DNA of 64,000 bases, from contig JBFIML010000014.1 of the NCBI GenBank assembly GCA_041611735.1, positions 9,921-73,920 of the forward strand. Direction: 5' to 3'. Position 1 is the stretch's first letter. Each line of letters opens with the position of its first letter. A program made the position numbers and the translations under genes. This DNA comes from Myxococcota bacterium (lineage in GTDB: Bacteria > Myxococcota_A > UBA9160 > PR03). The notes under the pieces are model-generated. The model ran no database searches and was not told the DNA's origin. It saw nothing but the letters and a program-made list of their open reading frames with translations. Below, piece by piece: positions 9,662-20,462 of this stretch.

Positions 9662-9756
9662 CGGAGCGCGATGGCGACCCCTTGATCCGGGGGTCGAGCC
9701 TACCGCGTCCGCGACGGCCTTTCAGCCGGACGGCGGCCCCGTCCGACGCGGTCGGC

Positions 9757-10320
9757 CTAGGCGACCGGCTTCTCGACCACCGGCAGGGACAGCTCCTCGG
9801 TGTCGCGGTGCCGGCCGTCGGCCGGCACCTTCTCGTGCTGGACGCGGGTCTGGAGCTTGATCAAGCCCTCCAGCACCGCCTCCGGACGCGGCGGGCAGCC
9901 GGGGATGTAGACGTCCACGGGCACGATCGTGTCGATGCCCTGCACCGTGGCGTAATTGTTGTAGGGACCGCCCGAGCAGGTGCAGGCCCCGAAGGCAATC
10001 ACCCACTTGGGCTCCGCCATCTGGTCGTAGACCTTCTTCAGGATGGGGGCCTGCCGGTGGCTGATGGTGCCCACCACCATGAGCAGGTCCGACTGCCGCG
10101 GCGAGAAGCGCGGCAGGGCGCACCCGAAGCGGTCCAGGTCGTAGCGGGGCCCCGCCACGGACATGAACTCCATGCCGCAGCAGGCGGTCACGAACGGATA
10201 CAGGAACATCGAATACTTGCGGCCCCAGTTCATGACCGTGTCGACGCGCGTGGTCAGGAAGCTGTCCTGGCCCTGGCGCAGGAACTCCACGGGGCCGGAG
10301 CCGCGCTCCGGGAACGCCAT
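9757..10320 (-). CDS. nuoB: NADH-quinone oxidoreductase subunit B
   Basis: TACCGMEFM, SPRQSDL, VDVYIPGCPPRPE. Confidence 0.96.
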   Translation of the reverse strand: MAFPERGSGPVEFLRQGQDSFLTTRVDTVMNWGRKYSMFLYPFVTACCGMEFMSVAGPRYDLDRFGCALPRFSPRQSDLLMVVGTISHRQAPILKKVYDQMAEPKWVIAFGACTCSGGPYNNYATVQGIDTIVPVDVYIPGCPPRPEAVLEGLIKLQTRVQHEKVPADGRHRDTEELSLPVVEKPVA

Positions 10321-10385
10321 GTGCACTCCCCTCCGGGAGGAAGCTAGCGCGTCTGGTATCGTTTGCCCGCGGGGGAGCGCGACCC

Positions 10386-11162
10386 ATGACCCACCCGGCG
10401 AGCGAGCGGCGGATCGTGGCCGCGACGGGGCCGACGCGCCCTTCGGCTCCCGCTTCGGAGCCGGCCGCCACGCCGGGAGCGCGCGTGCGGGCCTGGGCGG
10501 TGCATGCCCTCACGGCCAGCGGCGCCCTGGTTGCGGTGGCGGCCCTGGCGGCCGTGGGCGCCGGCGACCTGCAGCGGGCCGCGCTCTGGATGCTCGTGGC
10601 CCTGGTCATCGATAGCGCGGATGGCAGCCTCGCCCGCGCCGCTCGCGTCGAGCGGGTGCTGCCCGGGATCGACGGCCGGCGACTCGACGACCTGGTCGAC
10701 TTCCTGAACTACGTGATCGTACCGACGCTCTTCCTGCTGGAAGCCCAGGCGCTGTGGCATCCGGCGTGGGTGGCGCTTCCGGTCCTGGCCAGCGCCTACG
10801 GCTTCTCCCAGCGTGAGGCCAAGACCGACGACGACTTCTTCCTGGGTTTCCCGTCCTACTGGAACCTGGTGGCCCTCTACGCCTGGGCGCTCCAGGCGAC
10901 CCCGGCCGTCACCACGGCGGTGGTGATGGGCTTCTCAGTCCTGGTGTTCGTGCCCCTCAAGTACCTGTATCCGAGCAAGATGACCAGGTTGCGCCGCAGC
11001 ACCCTCGGGCTCGGCCTGGTCTGGTTCGTCGCGCTGGTGGTGGTGGTGGCGTTTCCCGAGTGGACGCGGCCCTGGCGTCTGGCGCAGATCTCGCTGGCCT
11101 TCCCGGTCTACTACCTCGTCCTCTCCCTGGCCCTGGGGGGTTGGGCGCGGCGGCGGCCGTGA
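10386..11162 (+). CDS. pcs: CDP-alcohol phosphatidyltransferase, phosphatidylcholine synthase-like
   Basis: VHALTASG, DSADGSLAR..G..LDDLVD CDP-alcohol motif, AKTDDDFFLGFPSYWN as in Pcs. Confidence 0.8.
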   Translation: MTHPASERRIVAATGPTRPSAPASEPAATPGARVRAWAVHALTASGALVAVAALAAVGAGDLQRAALWMLVALVIDSADGSLARAARVERVLPGIDGRRLDDLVDFLNYVIVPTLFLLEAQALWHPAWVALPVLASAYGFSQREAKTDDDFFLGFPSYWNLVALYAWALQATPAVTTAVVMGFSVLVFVPLKYLYPSKMTRLRRSTLGLGLVWFVALVVVVAFPEWTRPWRLAQISLAFPVYYLVLSLALGGWARRRP

Positions 11163-12196
11163 CGACCGCCCGCCGCCGCGGCGCCCTGCTGGTCAACCTG
11201 GGCACGCCGGCCTCGCCGGCGGTCGCCGACGTGGCCCGCTACCTGCGCGAGTTCCTGGGCGACCCGCGCGTGCTGGATCTCCCGGCGGCGTTGCGCCTGC
11301 TGCTGCTCTACGCAGTCATCCTGCCCTTCCGCTCCCTCCGCTCCGCCTCGGCGTATCGGACCATCTGGACCGCCGACGGCTCGCCCCTCCTGGTGCACGG
11401 CCGCGCCCTGCGCGATGCCCTGGGCAAGACGCTCGGGGAGGGCTGGGCGGTGGAGCTGGCCATGCGCTACGGCGAGCCGCGCATCGATGCCGCCCTCGAG
11501 CGGCTCGCCGCGGCCGACGTGGAGGACATCGTGGTGGTGCCGCTCTTTCCCCAGTACGCCTCCTCGAGCAGCGGGTCGGCGCTCGAGGCGGTCTACCGGG
11601 CGGCGGGCAGGCGCTGGAACGTGCCGCCGCTCCACGTGGCGCAGCCCTTCTACGACGCACCGGGCTTCGTGGCGGCCTGGGTCGCCGTGGCCCGCGAGCC
11701 CCTGGCGCGCTTCCGGCCGGACCACGTGCTCCTGAGCTTCCACGGTCTGCCCGAGCGGCAGGTCCGCAAGAGCGATCCGACCGGCGCTCATTGCCTGGCC
11801 TCGCCGGGCTGCTGCGACGCGCTCGGTCCCCCCAACCGCTTCTGCTACCGCGCCCACTGCTTCGCCAGCGCCCGGGAGCTGGCCTCCGCCCTCGCCCTCG
11901 CCCCGGGCGCCTGGTCGGTCTCCTTCCAGTCGCGCCTCGGGCGCGGCTGGCTCGAGCCCTTCACGGACCGGGTGTTGCCCGAGCTGGCCCGCCGCGGCGT
12001 GCGCCGGCTCGCGGTCGTCTGTCCGGCCTTCGTGGCGGACTGCCTGGAGACGCTGGAAGAGATCGGGCTGCGGGCCCGTGAGCAGTGGGAGGGCCTCGGC
12101 GGCGAGGAGCTGCTGCTCGTTCCGTCGCTCAACGCGCACCCGACCTGGGTCGCCGCCCTGGCGGAGCGGGTGCGGGCCGCAGCGCCTTCGCGCTAG
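11159..12196 (+). CDS. hemH: ferrochelatase
   Basis: LLVNLGTP, LAMRYG, PLFPQY, SFHGLP, FQSRLG, DCLETLEEI. Confidence 0.95.
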   Translation: MTTARRRGALLVNLGTPASPAVADVARYLREFLGDPRVLDLPAALRLLLLYAVILPFRSLRSASAYRTIWTADGSPLLVHGRALRDALGKTLGEGWAVELAMRYGEPRIDAALERLAAADVEDIVVVPLFPQYASSSSGSALEAVYRAAGRRWNVPPLHVAQPFYDAPGFVAAWVAVAREPLARFRPDHVLLSFHGLPERQVRKSDPTGAHCLASPGCCDALGPPNRFCYRAHCFASARELASALALAPGAWSVSFQSRLGRGWLEPFTDRVLPELARRGVRRLAVVCPAFVADCLETLEEIGLRAREQWEGLGGEELLLVPSLNAHPTWVAALAERVRAAAPSR

Positions 12197-13059
12197 CTCG
12201 GGTCCGGTCCGAGCAGGAGCGTCGCCACGCCCAGGGGCTCGCCGCGCACGGTGCAGACGCGCGTGTCCGGTCGCCGGCCGGCACGCACCTCGGAGACGTC
12301 GAAGCCCGCCGCCGCCAGCCGCTCCCGGGCGGCGGCCACGTCCGGCGTGCGGTAGCTGATCCCCCACAGCCGGTCCCGCTCCGGCGGCTCGCCCTCCCCA
12401 TCCAGGCGCGCCGCCAGCTCCACGGTCACGCCTCCCACGCGGAAGAAGAGCAGCCGCACGCCCCAGGCGTCGAAGCGGCGGTCGAGAGCCAGGCGCAGGC
12501 CGAGGGTCTCTCCGTACAGGCGCTTCGCCGCCTCCGGATCGCCGGTCGCCACCACCACGTGATCGATGGCCGCCACCGCTGCCTGCGCGTCGCCGACGGG
12601 CTCCGCCGCCGGCAGGGCGTCGGCCGGGCTGCGGTGCTCGACGGCGAGGATGCCCGCACCGCGGGTGGCCGCGCCGGGAAGCGGGAGCACGCGCCAGCGC
12701 CGCTCGGCCGCGGAGCCCGAGGCCACGCCGCGCCCTTCCAGGGGATCCGGCGCCGGCACACCGCGCTCGCGCAGGGTGCGCGCGCAGGCGGCCGCGTCGT
12801 CGGTCCCGAAGGCGATGGCCGCGAGCCCGTCTCCGGCGCGAGCCAGCTGCTCGGCCAGATCGTCCGACAAGGGCCCGCCCGATCCGGGAGCGAGCAGCTC
12901 CACGTAGGCGTTGCCCAGCCGGAAGAGCGCGTTGCGGGTGCCGAGCTCCGGATGGGTGCCGCACCAGGAGGGGCGGCGCCCGAGCAGGCTCCCGCAGGTG
13001 GCCGCGGCAGCGTCCAGGTCGCGCACGGCGATCACCACGTGGTCGAGGCACGTCAGCAT
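12193..13059 (-). CDS. VOC/glyoxalase family protein (two domains)
   Basis: LDHVVIAVRDL..GTRNALFRLG..ELL and a second IDHVVVAT domain. Confidence 0.85.
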   Translation of the reverse strand: MLTCLDHVVIAVRDLDAAAATCGSLLGRRPSWCGTHPELGTRNALFRLGNAYVELLAPGSGGPLSDDLAEQLARAGDGLAAIAFGTDDAAACARTLRERGVPAPDPLEGRGVASGSAAERRWRVLPLPGAATRGAGILAVEHRSPADALPAAEPVGDAQAAVAAIDHVVVATGDPEAAKRLYGETLGLRLALDRRFDAWGVRLLFFRVGGVTVELAARLDGEGEPPERDRLWGISYRTPDVAAARERLAAAGFDVSEVRAGRRPDTRVCTVRGEPLGVATLLLGPDPS

Positions 13060-14408
13060 GGCCGCAGCAGGCGCTCCGCAGCCGCTCCCCCGGAGGCCAT
13101 GGCGTCGCCCAGGGCCACGCCGTCCAGGTGCGCGCCGGCCAGCTCGAGGCCCGGGTGCGCAGCCAGCCGGCGGCGCACTTCGGCCACCCGGCGCGGGTGC
13201 TGGCGATCCGGCTGGGGAACGGCCTCCCGCCAGCGCGTCACGGCCAGGCAGCGGGGCGCCGCGCGCAGCCCCAGCACCCGATCGAGCTCGGCAACGCAGA
13301 CGCGGAACAGCTCCTCGTCCGAGAGCTCCAGGGCCGCCGGGCTGCGCGTTCCCCCGAGCAGCGCGGTCAGGAGCTCCCGACCGGGCGGGGCGCGGTCCGG
13401 GAAGAGCTGGCTCAGGAAGAGGCAGCCGAGCAGCTCGCGACCTTCGCCCCTCGGCACCAGGAACCCGAAGCCCTCGATGCGGGAGCGCACCTCGGCCGGG
13501 TCCAGGGAGAGGGAAACGCTCGCCACCGGAGCGTACGAAATGGCCGCCAGGGCCCTGGCCGCCTCCGCGTCGAGCCCCCGCACCAGGTCCGCCGCCTCCC
13601 GCGCCGGCGTCGCCACCACCACGGACCGCGTGCGCAGCTCCGTCCCTCCGTCCTGGCACGCGACGCGGAAGCCGGCCGGGTCGCGCGCGATGGCGGCGGC
13701 CCGGGTCTCGAGGGAGATCTGGCCGGCCAGGTCCCGGGCCAGGCGCCCGGTGAGCTCGCCCAGCCCGGCGCGCGCGGACCAGGTCCCGCGCAGCCCCCGC
13801 GGCCCGCGCCGGACCAGAGCCCGGGCGGCGAGGCCGCGCACGATCGAGCCGTGGCTGCGCTCCGCCTCCACCAGGGAGGGAAACACCGCTTCGGCTCCGA
13901 GCTGGGCTTCGTCGCCGGCGTAGACGCCGGTCAGGAACGGCCCCACCAGGGCGTCGGTGGCCTCGGGGCCCAGGCGCCGGGTCACGAACTCCGCCACGCT
14001 CTCGCCGGCGGGGTCGCCGCGCCGGACGAAGGGCTCGACCAGCAGGCGCAGCTTTCCGCGTGCCGAGAGGAGCGGCGTGCCCAGCAAGGCAGCGGGGCCC
14101 AGGGGAACCGGCACGAGCCGTCCCTGGCGCAGCAGGAAGCGCAGCCGGCTGGCGGGCTGCGCCTCGAGCAGCAGCGCGTCGAGACCGAGCCGGCGCAGGA
14201 CCGCCGCCGCCCGGGGCCCGACCCGCAGCGTGTTGGGGCCGCGCTCGACCCGGTGGTCGCGGATCCGCTCGGTCCAGACCGCGCCGCCCACCCGGGGCGT
14301 CGCCTCGAGCAGCCGCACCGCGCGCCCCGCCGCAGCCAGTGCCGCCGCCGCCGTGAGCCCCGCCGCGCCGCCGCCCACCACCACCGCGTCGAGCTCGGGC
14401 TCCGTCAT
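13053..14408 (-). CDS. hemY: protoporphyrinogen/coproporphyrinogen oxidase HemY-type
   Basis: GGGAAGL FAD motif, ERGPNT, GVYAGD, GFGFLVP; downstream of hemE. Confidence 0.9.
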   Translation of the reverse strand: MTEPELDAVVVGGGAAGLTAAAALAAAGRAVRLLEATPRVGGAVWTERIRDHRVERGPNTLRVGPRAAAVLRRLGLDALLLEAQPASRLRFLLRQGRLVPVPLGPAALLGTPLLSARGKLRLLVEPFVRRGDPAGESVAEFVTRRLGPEATDALVGPFLTGVYAGDEAQLGAEAVFPSLVEAERSHGSIVRGLAARALVRRGPRGLRGTWSARAGLGELTGRLARDLAGQISLETRAAAIARDPAGFRVACQDGGTELRTRSVVVATPAREAADLVRGLDAEAARALAAISYAPVASVSLSLDPAEVRSRIEGFGFLVPRGEGRELLGCLFLSQLFPDRAPPGRELLTALLGGTRSPAALELSDEELFRVCVAELDRVLGLRAAPRCLAVTRWREAVPQPDRQHPRRVAEVRRRLAAHPGLELAGAHLDGVALGDAMASGGAAAERLLRPC

Positions 14409-15439
14409 CGCCCCAGGGCGCGGGCGGCGTCCGTGAAGGCGCGCACGCCCTCGACCGGCGTGTCGGGCAGGCAGCCGTGGCCGAGGTTCAGCACGTGGCC
14501 GCGGGCCGGACGGGCCGCCTCGGCGAGGCCTCGCACCAGGGCGAAGATGTGCTCCCGGGGCGCCGCCAGGGCGCACGGGTCGAGGTTGCCCTGGAGGCTC
14601 GCGCGCCGCCCGGTGCGCCGCGCCGCCTCGGCGAGGTCCACGCGCCAGTCGAGCGACAGCACGTCCGCCCCGGCTTCCCCCATGGCATCCACCACGTGCG
14701 CCCCGTTCTTCACGTAGAGGATGAGGGGTGCGCGGGTGCGGTCGAGCTTGGCGGCGATCTCCCGGTGCGTGGGCAGCACCCACTCCCGGTACTCGGCGGG
14801 GCCCAACAGCCCCGCCCAGGTGTCGAAGAGCTGCACCACCTGGGCGCCCGCCTCGATCTGGGCATCCAGGTAGCGCACCACGAGCTCCGTCAGGCGCTCG
14901 AGCAACGCTCGCACCAGCGCCGGCTCCCGGTACAGGGTGGCCTTGAAGCGCGCGAAGTCCTTGGAGCCCTGCCCCTCCACCAGGTAGGCGGCCAGGGTGA
15001 AGGGAGCCCCCGAGAAGCCGATCAGCGGCACCTGGGCCGGGGCGAGCTCGCGCCGCAGCCGGCGCAGGATCTCGAACACGTAGGGCACCGACTCGCGCGG
15101 GTCCCCGACATCCAGGGCCTCCACGTCGGCGCGGCCCCGGATCGGGTGCGTCACCACCGGCCCGGGCCGGAACTCCACCTCGACGCCCATGCCCACCACG
15201 GGCACGAAGATGTCCGAGAACAGGATCACCGCCTCGGTCCCCACCCGCCGCAGGGGCTGGAGTGAGATCTCGACCGCCCCGTCCACGTCCCGGCAGGAGT
15301 CCAGGAATGGCACCCCCTCGCGCAGGCGCCGGTACTCGGGCAGGTAGCGCCCCGCCTGGCGCATGAGCCAGACCGGCGGGCGGTCCACCGGCTCGCCGCG
15401 ACAGGCGCGCAGCAACCTCTCCGTGCGGGTCAGCTCCAA
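14405..15439 (-). CDS. hemE: uroporphyrinogen decarboxylase
   Basis: PPVWLMRQAGRYLPEY, ILFSDI, LQGNLDP, NLGHG. Confidence 0.96.
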   Translation of the reverse strand: MELTRTERLLRACRGEPVDRPPVWLMRQAGRYLPEYRRLREGVPFLDSCRDVDGAVEISLQPLRRVGTEAVILFSDIFVPVVGMGVEVEFRPGPVVTHPIRGRADVEALDVGDPRESVPYVFEILRRLRRELAPAQVPLIGFSGAPFTLAAYLVEGQGSKDFARFKATLYREPALVRALLERLTELVVRYLDAQIEAGAQVVQLFDTWAGLLGPAEYREWVLPTHREIAAKLDRTRAPLILYVKNGAHVVDAMGEAGADVLSLDWRVDLAEAARRTGRRASLQGNLDPCALAAPREHIFALVRGLAEAARPARGHVLNLGHGCLPDTPVEGVRAFTDAARALGR

Positions 15440-15454
15440 GCTCCGCCCGCTCCG

Positions 15455-16603
15455 CTAGTAGTCCGAGAGCCGCGCCCAGCGGTCGCGGTGCCAGGCCGCG
15501 TCGCCGAACGTCATCTCGGCGGCGCGCGCGCGCTTCAGATAGAAGCCGATCTCGTGCTCGTCGGTGACGCCGATGCCGCCGTGCATCTGGATCGCCTCGT
15601 TCGCCACCTGCAAGAAGGCGTCGGAGCAGCGCGCTTTCGCCAGCGAGACGAGCTTCGGGAACTCCTCGCTCCCGGCGTCGGCGGCCCGCGTGGCCGCCAT
15701 CACCGCGGAGCGGGCCAGCTCGATCTCGATGAACAGGCGGGCGGCGCGGTGTTTGAGCGCCTGGAAGGAGCCGATCGGCCTCCCGAACTGCACCCGCGCC
15801 TTCAGGTAGGCCAGCGTGCGCTCGAAGGCCTCGCTCATGGCGCCGAGCATCTCGGCGCACAGCCCGGCGCAGGCGCGGTCCAGCACCGCCTCCAGGAGGT
15901 CGCCGGCGCGGTTCAGCTCGCCGACCACGTCCTGGGGACCCACCCAGACGTGGTCCAGGTGGACGAGCGCCGCGCCGCGCCCGTCGATCCGCTGCTGCGC
16001 CGTCACGGCGAGCCCGGGAGCCGCCTTGGAGACCAGGAAGAGCGTGATCCCGTCCGGGTCGCGCTCCGGCCCGTAGGTGCGCGCGCTCACCAGGATGCCG
16101 TCCGCCACGGCGGCGTCCGGCACCTGGATCTTGTCGCCGGTGAGCTGCCAGCCGCCCTCGGCCGCCTCGGCCCGGGTCGCCACGGAGTGCCGGTCGTAGC
16201 GGGCGTGGGGCTCCTGCCAGGCCAGGGTGAGCAGTCGCCCGCCCGCGGCCAGCTCGCGCAGCCACTGCTTGCGCATCAGCTCGCTCCCGCCCAGGCGCAG
16301 CGCCTCGCCGCCGAGCAGCACGCTGGAGAGGAAGGGCTCCGGCGCCAGGTTGCGGCCCAGGGCCTCCAGCACCACGGCCAGGTCCGCCAGTCCGAGGCCG
16401 GCGCCGCCGTAGTCCTCGGGCAGCAGGATCCCGACCCAGCCGAGCTCCGCCATGCGCTGCCAGAGCTCGCGGGAGAAGCCCACCGGGTCGTTCGTGTCGC
16501 GGAGCCGTCGCACCCGCGACGCCGGGGAGTGCTGGGCTGCGAAGTCCGCGGCGGTCTTGGCGAGAAGCTCCTGGTCTTCGGTCGCGACGAGCTGCAAAGC
16601 CAC
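15455..16603 (-). CDS. acyl-CoA dehydrogenase family protein (likely non-catalytic partner subunit)
   Basis: [24 protein letters not shown]; ends MTFGDA without catalytic Glu motif. Confidence 0.9.
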   Translation of the reverse strand: MALQLVATEDQELLAKTAADFAAQHSPASRVRRLRDTNDPVGFSRELWQRMAELGWVGILLPEDYGGAGLGLADLAVVLEALGRNLAPEPFLSSVLLGGEALRLGGSELMRKQWLRELAAGGRLLTLAWQEPHARYDRHSVATRAEAAEGGWQLTGDKIQVPDAAVADGILVSARTYGPERDPDGITLFLVSKAAPGLAVTAQQRIDGRGAALVHLDHVWVGPQDVVGELNRAGDLLEAVLDRACAGLCAEMLGAMSEAFERTLAYLKARVQFGRPIGSFQALKHRAARLFIEIELARSAVMAATRAADAGSEEFPKLVSLAKARCSDAFLQVANEAIQMHGGIGVTDEHEIGFYLKRARAAEMTFGDAAWHRDRWARLSDY

Positions 16604-16607
16604 CTCC

Positions 16608-17801
16608 TCAGTCCGGAAGCCCGAGCACGCGTTTGGCGATGATGTTGAGCTGGATCTCGCTGGTGCCGCCCTCGATGCTGTTGCCGCGCGAGCGCAGCCA
16701 CTCGCGCGTCAGCGCGAGCTCCTCGTCCGAGAAGCCCTCGCCCTGCCAGCCCAGGGCCTGGGGTCCGGCGATGTCCACCAGCAGCTCGTAGCGGCGCTGG
16801 TTCAGCTCCGTGCCGTAGATCTTGAGGATCGAGCTCTCGGGGCCCGGCGCCTGACCGGCCCGGGCCGCATCGCGCGCGCGCTGGATGGTGAGCATCAGCG
16901 AGCGCGTGTCCATCTCGGTGCGGGCCACCCGGTCGCGGATCAGCGCGTCGCCGATGCACCCGTCCAGCCCCTCCAGGTAACGGCGCGCCCAGTCCACCAG
17001 GGAGCTCCGGGTCCCCATGGCCCCCGACCCGAAGGCCTCGGCGATCATGCTGCGCTCGTAGGTCAGCAGGGCCTTCGCGATGGTCCAGCCGCCGTGGATC
17101 TCGCCCACCACGTTGGCGACCGGCACGCGCACCTCGTGCAGGAAGGTCTCGCAGAAGGGAGAGGCCCCGCTGATCAGGAGGATCGGCTTCACCTCCACGC
17201 CGGGGCTCTCCATGTCCATGAGCAGGAAGGTGATCCCGGCCTGCTTGCGCGCCTCGGGATCCGTGCGCACCAGCAGGAACATCCAGTCCGAGAGGTCGGC
17301 ATAGGAGGTCCAGACCTTCTGGCCTGTCACCACGAAGTGGTCGCCGTCGCGTACGGCCCGGGTCTTCAGCGACGCCAGGTCGGAGCCGGCATCGGGCTCC
17401 GAGTAGCCCTGGCACCAGCGGATCTCCCCGCGCACGATGCGGGGCAGGTGTTCGCGTCTCTGCGCCTCGCTGCCGTAGCGCAGCAGGACCGGGCCGATCA
17501 TGGTGAGCCCGAAGCCGATCAGCGGAGCGGGCAGGCCCAGGGCCGCCATCTCCTGGCGCAGCACCCGGGCGCGGTCGGGCTCGAGTCCGCCTCCCCCGTA
17601 CTCCTGCGGCCAGGTGGGGGCGGTCCAGCCGCGCTCCGCCATGACCTCGAGCCAGCGCTTGCGGTCGGGATCCGGCCAGCCGGCCTTGCGCCCGCCCCAG
17701 GTGCCCTCCAGCTCGGAGCCGCCCTGGCCGAGCAGGCTCGCGGGCGCGTGCTGGCGCAGCCAGGCGCGCGCCTCGCTGCGAAAGGACTCGAGCTCGTGCA
17801 T
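16608..17801 (-). CDS. acyl-CoA dehydrogenase family protein
   Basis: [34 protein letters not shown]. Confidence 0.92.
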   Translation of the reverse strand: MHELESFRSEARAWLRQHAPASLLGQGGSELEGTWGGRKAGWPDPDRKRWLEVMAERGWTAPTWPQEYGGGGLEPDRARVLRQEMAALGLPAPLIGFGLTMIGPVLLRYGSEAQRREHLPRIVRGEIRWCQGYSEPDAGSDLASLKTRAVRDGDHFVVTGQKVWTSYADLSDWMFLLVRTDPEARKQAGITFLLMDMESPGVEVKPILLISGASPFCETFLHEVRVPVANVVGEIHGGWTIAKALLTYERSMIAEAFGSGAMGTRSSLVDWARRYLEGLDGCIGDALIRDRVARTEMDTRSLMLTIQRARDAARAGQAPGPESSILKIYGTELNQRRYELLVDIAGPQALGWQGEGFSDEELALTREWLRSRGNSIEGGTSEIQLNIIAKRVLGLPD

Positions 17802-17882
17802 GGCGCCCTCCCTCGCCGCCACAGTCTACCCCACGGCGCCTGCACGCTGCCCGGCGCAGCGCACCCCGCTACCCTGGATCGC

Positions 17883-18821
17883 ATGAGGGTCGTGCTCGCC
17901 AATCCGCGCGGCTTCTGCGCCGGCGTGGACCGAGCCATCGAGATCGTGGAGCTGGCCCTGGAGCGCTTCGGGCCGCCGGTCTACGTCCGGCACGAGATCG
18001 TGCACAACCGTCACGTGGTGGAGGGATTGCGCGCCCAGGGGGCCGTCTTCGTGGACGACCCGGAGCAGGCGCCCCCGGGGTCGCTGCTGATCTTCAGCGC
18101 CCACGGGGTCTCGCCGGCGGTGAAGAGCGCAGCGGAGCGGCGCGGCCTGCGCATCATCGACGCCACCTGCCCGCTCGTCACCAAAGTGCACGTGGAGGCG
18201 CTGCGCTTCGCGCGGGACGACCACGAGCTGGTCCTGGTCGGGCATGCGGGACACGTGGAGGTGGAGGGCACCATGGGCCACGCGCCGGAGCGCATGCATC
18301 TCGTGGAGAGCGTGGACGACGTGGAGCGCCTGGCGGTCCGCGACCCCGAGCGGCTGGCCTGTCTCACCCAGACGACCCTCTCCATGGACGACACAAGGGA
18401 GATCGTCGAGGCGCTGCGGCGCCGCTTCCCGGCCATCGTGCTGCCCCGCAAGGACGACATCTGCTACGCCACGCAGAACCGCCAGAACGCGGTGAGGGCG
18501 CTGGTTCGGGAGGCGGACCTGGTGCTGGTGGTCGGCGCTCCGGAATCCTCCAACAGCAACCGCCTGGTGGAGATCGCCGCCAAAGCGGGCGTGGATGCCC
18601 ACCTGATCCAGCACGCCGGGGAGATCGACGCGGCCTGGCTGGCGGATGCGGCCTGCGTGGGCGTCACGGCCGGGGCTTCGGCGCCCGAGATCCTGGTGCA
18701 GGAGGTGGTGGAGCGCCTCTGCGCCCTCGGCGGCGCCGACACCGTGGTGGAGGCCCAGCCGCGCGTGGACGAGGGCGTGGTCTTCCAACTGCCGCCCGAG
18801 ATCCGCAGCGCTTCTGCCTGA
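17883..18821 (+). CDS. ispH: 4-hydroxy-3-methylbut-2-enyl diphosphate reductase
   Basis: [33 protein letters not shown]. Confidence 0.97.
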   Translation: MRVVLANPRGFCAGVDRAIEIVELALERFGPPVYVRHEIVHNRHVVEGLRAQGAVFVDDPEQAPPGSLLIFSAHGVSPAVKSAAERRGLRIIDATCPLVTKVHVEALRFARDDHELVLVGHAGHVEVEGTMGHAPERMHLVESVDDVERLAVRDPERLACLTQTTLSMDDTREIVEALRRRFPAIVLPRKDDICYATQNRQNAVRALVREADLVLVVGAPESSNSNRLVEIAAKAGVDAHLIQHAGEIDAAWLADAACVGVTAGASAPEILVQEVVERLCALGGADTVVEAQPRVDEGVVFQLPPEIRSASA

Positions 18822-18890
18822 AGCGACGCCAGATCACCGCAGCGCCTGCGTTGGCGTCGGAACGGGCGCTCGGATAGGCTCGGCGCTCCC

Positions 18891-20462
18891 ATGGCCCGTA
18901 CGCCGCGCGACGAGCCCCGTCCGCCCGCGGCGCCTCCCGACGACCCGTACCCGGAGCCCGAGGACCCCGAGACCTGGCCGGTCCTGCCGTCGGCATCGGT
19001 CGCCGCTCACGCCGCCTGGCATCGCCGGGCGCGACGCCGCACGGACCGGGAAGTCTGGACACTCGCCTGGCCGGTGATCCTGTCCCAGGTGATGGCCAGC
19101 GCCGTGAGCCTGATCGACATCGCCATGCTCGGGCGCCTGGGATCCGACGCGCTGGCCGCCGTCGGCTACGTGACCCAGTTCTTCTGGCTCTCCCAGGCCA
19201 TGCTGATGGCGGTCGGGATCTCGTGCGTGGCGCTCATGGCCCGGGCCCTGGGCGCCGAGCAGCCGGCGCGCGCCCGCCAGGCCCTGGGCGCCGCCCTGCT
19301 GGCCGCCTTTGGTCTGGCCGCGGCCGTGGCGACGGGGGTGATGCTGGCGCCGCGTCCGCTCCTGGCGCTGCTGAACGCCGAGCCCCACGTGTCGGACCTG
19401 GCCATCCCCTACCTGCGCCTGACCCTGCTCTCCACCTTGCTCTTCTCGATCTCGATCACCCTGGAGAGTGGCTTCCGCGCCACCAAGGACACGCGCACGC
19501 CCCTGGGGATCGCGGCGGTGGTGACGCTGCTCAAGACCGGCCTGAACGCGCTGCTCATCTTCGGCCTCTGGGGGCTGCCGCGCCTGGACCTGGTGGGCGC
19601 CGGGCTCGCCACCATCGCCTCCCAGGCCGTGGCCGTGATGCTGCTGTGGGCGGCAGCGCGGCGCTCGCCCTCCCGGGCCGTGCTCGGCCTCGGCCGGCGC
19701 GACCTGCGCCCCTCCCGCGCCGGGCTCGCGCCGGTGCTGCGCCTGGCCACGCCGGCGATCCTGGAGCGCATGGTGCTCAACCTGGCGCTGATGGCGTACT
19801 TCGCCGTGCTCGGGCGCTACGGGAGCGCCGCCCTGGCCGCGTACACGATCGGCGTGCGCGTGCTCTCCTTCTCCTGGATCCCGGGCATCGGCTTCGCCGC
19901 CGCGGCTTCGACACTGGTGGGCCATGCCCTGGGGGCCGAGGACGTGCGCGCCGCCGCGCGGGCCGGATGGCGGGCCACCCGCTTCGCCCTGCTCGTCTCC
20001 GTGAGCCTCGGTCTGGTGTACGCGCTGGGACGCGTGCCCCTGGCGCGGGTCTTCACCGACGACCCGGGCGTGATCGAGCAGCTCGGCCCGTTCATGCTGC
20101 TGCTCGCCTGCTCCCAGCCGCTGCTCGGGATCCACTTCACCCTGGGCGGCGCCCTGCGCGGGGCTGGGGACACCATGACTCCCCTGCTCGCCGCCACCCT
20201 GGGCAACTGGGGACTGCGGGTGCCGCTGGCCTTCCTGGCGGCCTACGGCCTCGGGCTCGGCGTCGTCTGGGTATGGGCCGCCCTGGTGCTCGACCACCTG
20301 GCGCGCGCCGTGTGGCTGGCACTCGCCTTCCGACGCGGGCGCTGGGCGCAGGCGCGCGGGGCCCTACCTCAGCAGCCGGCCTCGGCCAGCCAGTCGCGCG
20401 GACGCAGGAACTCCTCGGTGAGCCGGGCCTCCGGCGAGCCCGGCTCCGGCGTCCAGCCGTAG
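18891..20462 (+). CDS. MATE family efflux transporter
   Basis: [32 protein letters not shown]; about 12 TM helices. Confidence 0.92.
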   Translation: MARTPRDEPRPPAAPPDDPYPEPEDPETWPVLPSASVAAHAAWHRRARRRTDREVWTLAWPVILSQVMASAVSLIDIAMLGRLGSDALAAVGYVTQFFWLSQAMLMAVGISCVALMARALGAEQPARARQALGAALLAAFGLAAAVATGVMLAPRPLLALLNAEPHVSDLAIPYLRLTLLSTLLFSISITLESGFRATKDTRTPLGIAAVVTLLKTGLNALLIFGLWGLPRLDLVGAGLATIASQAVAVMLLWAAARRSPSRAVLGLGRRDLRPSRAGLAPVLRLATPAILERMVLNLALMAYFAVLGRYGSAALAAYTIGVRVLSFSWIPGIGFAAAASTLVGHALGAEDVRAAARAGWRATRFALLVSVSLGLVYALGRVPLARVFTDDPGVIEQLGPFMLLLACSQPLLGIHFTLGGALRGAGDTMTPLLAATLGNWGLRVPLAFLAAYGLGLGVVWVWAALVLDHLARAVWLALAFRRGRWAQARGALPQQPASASQSRGRRNSSVSRASGEPGSGVQP

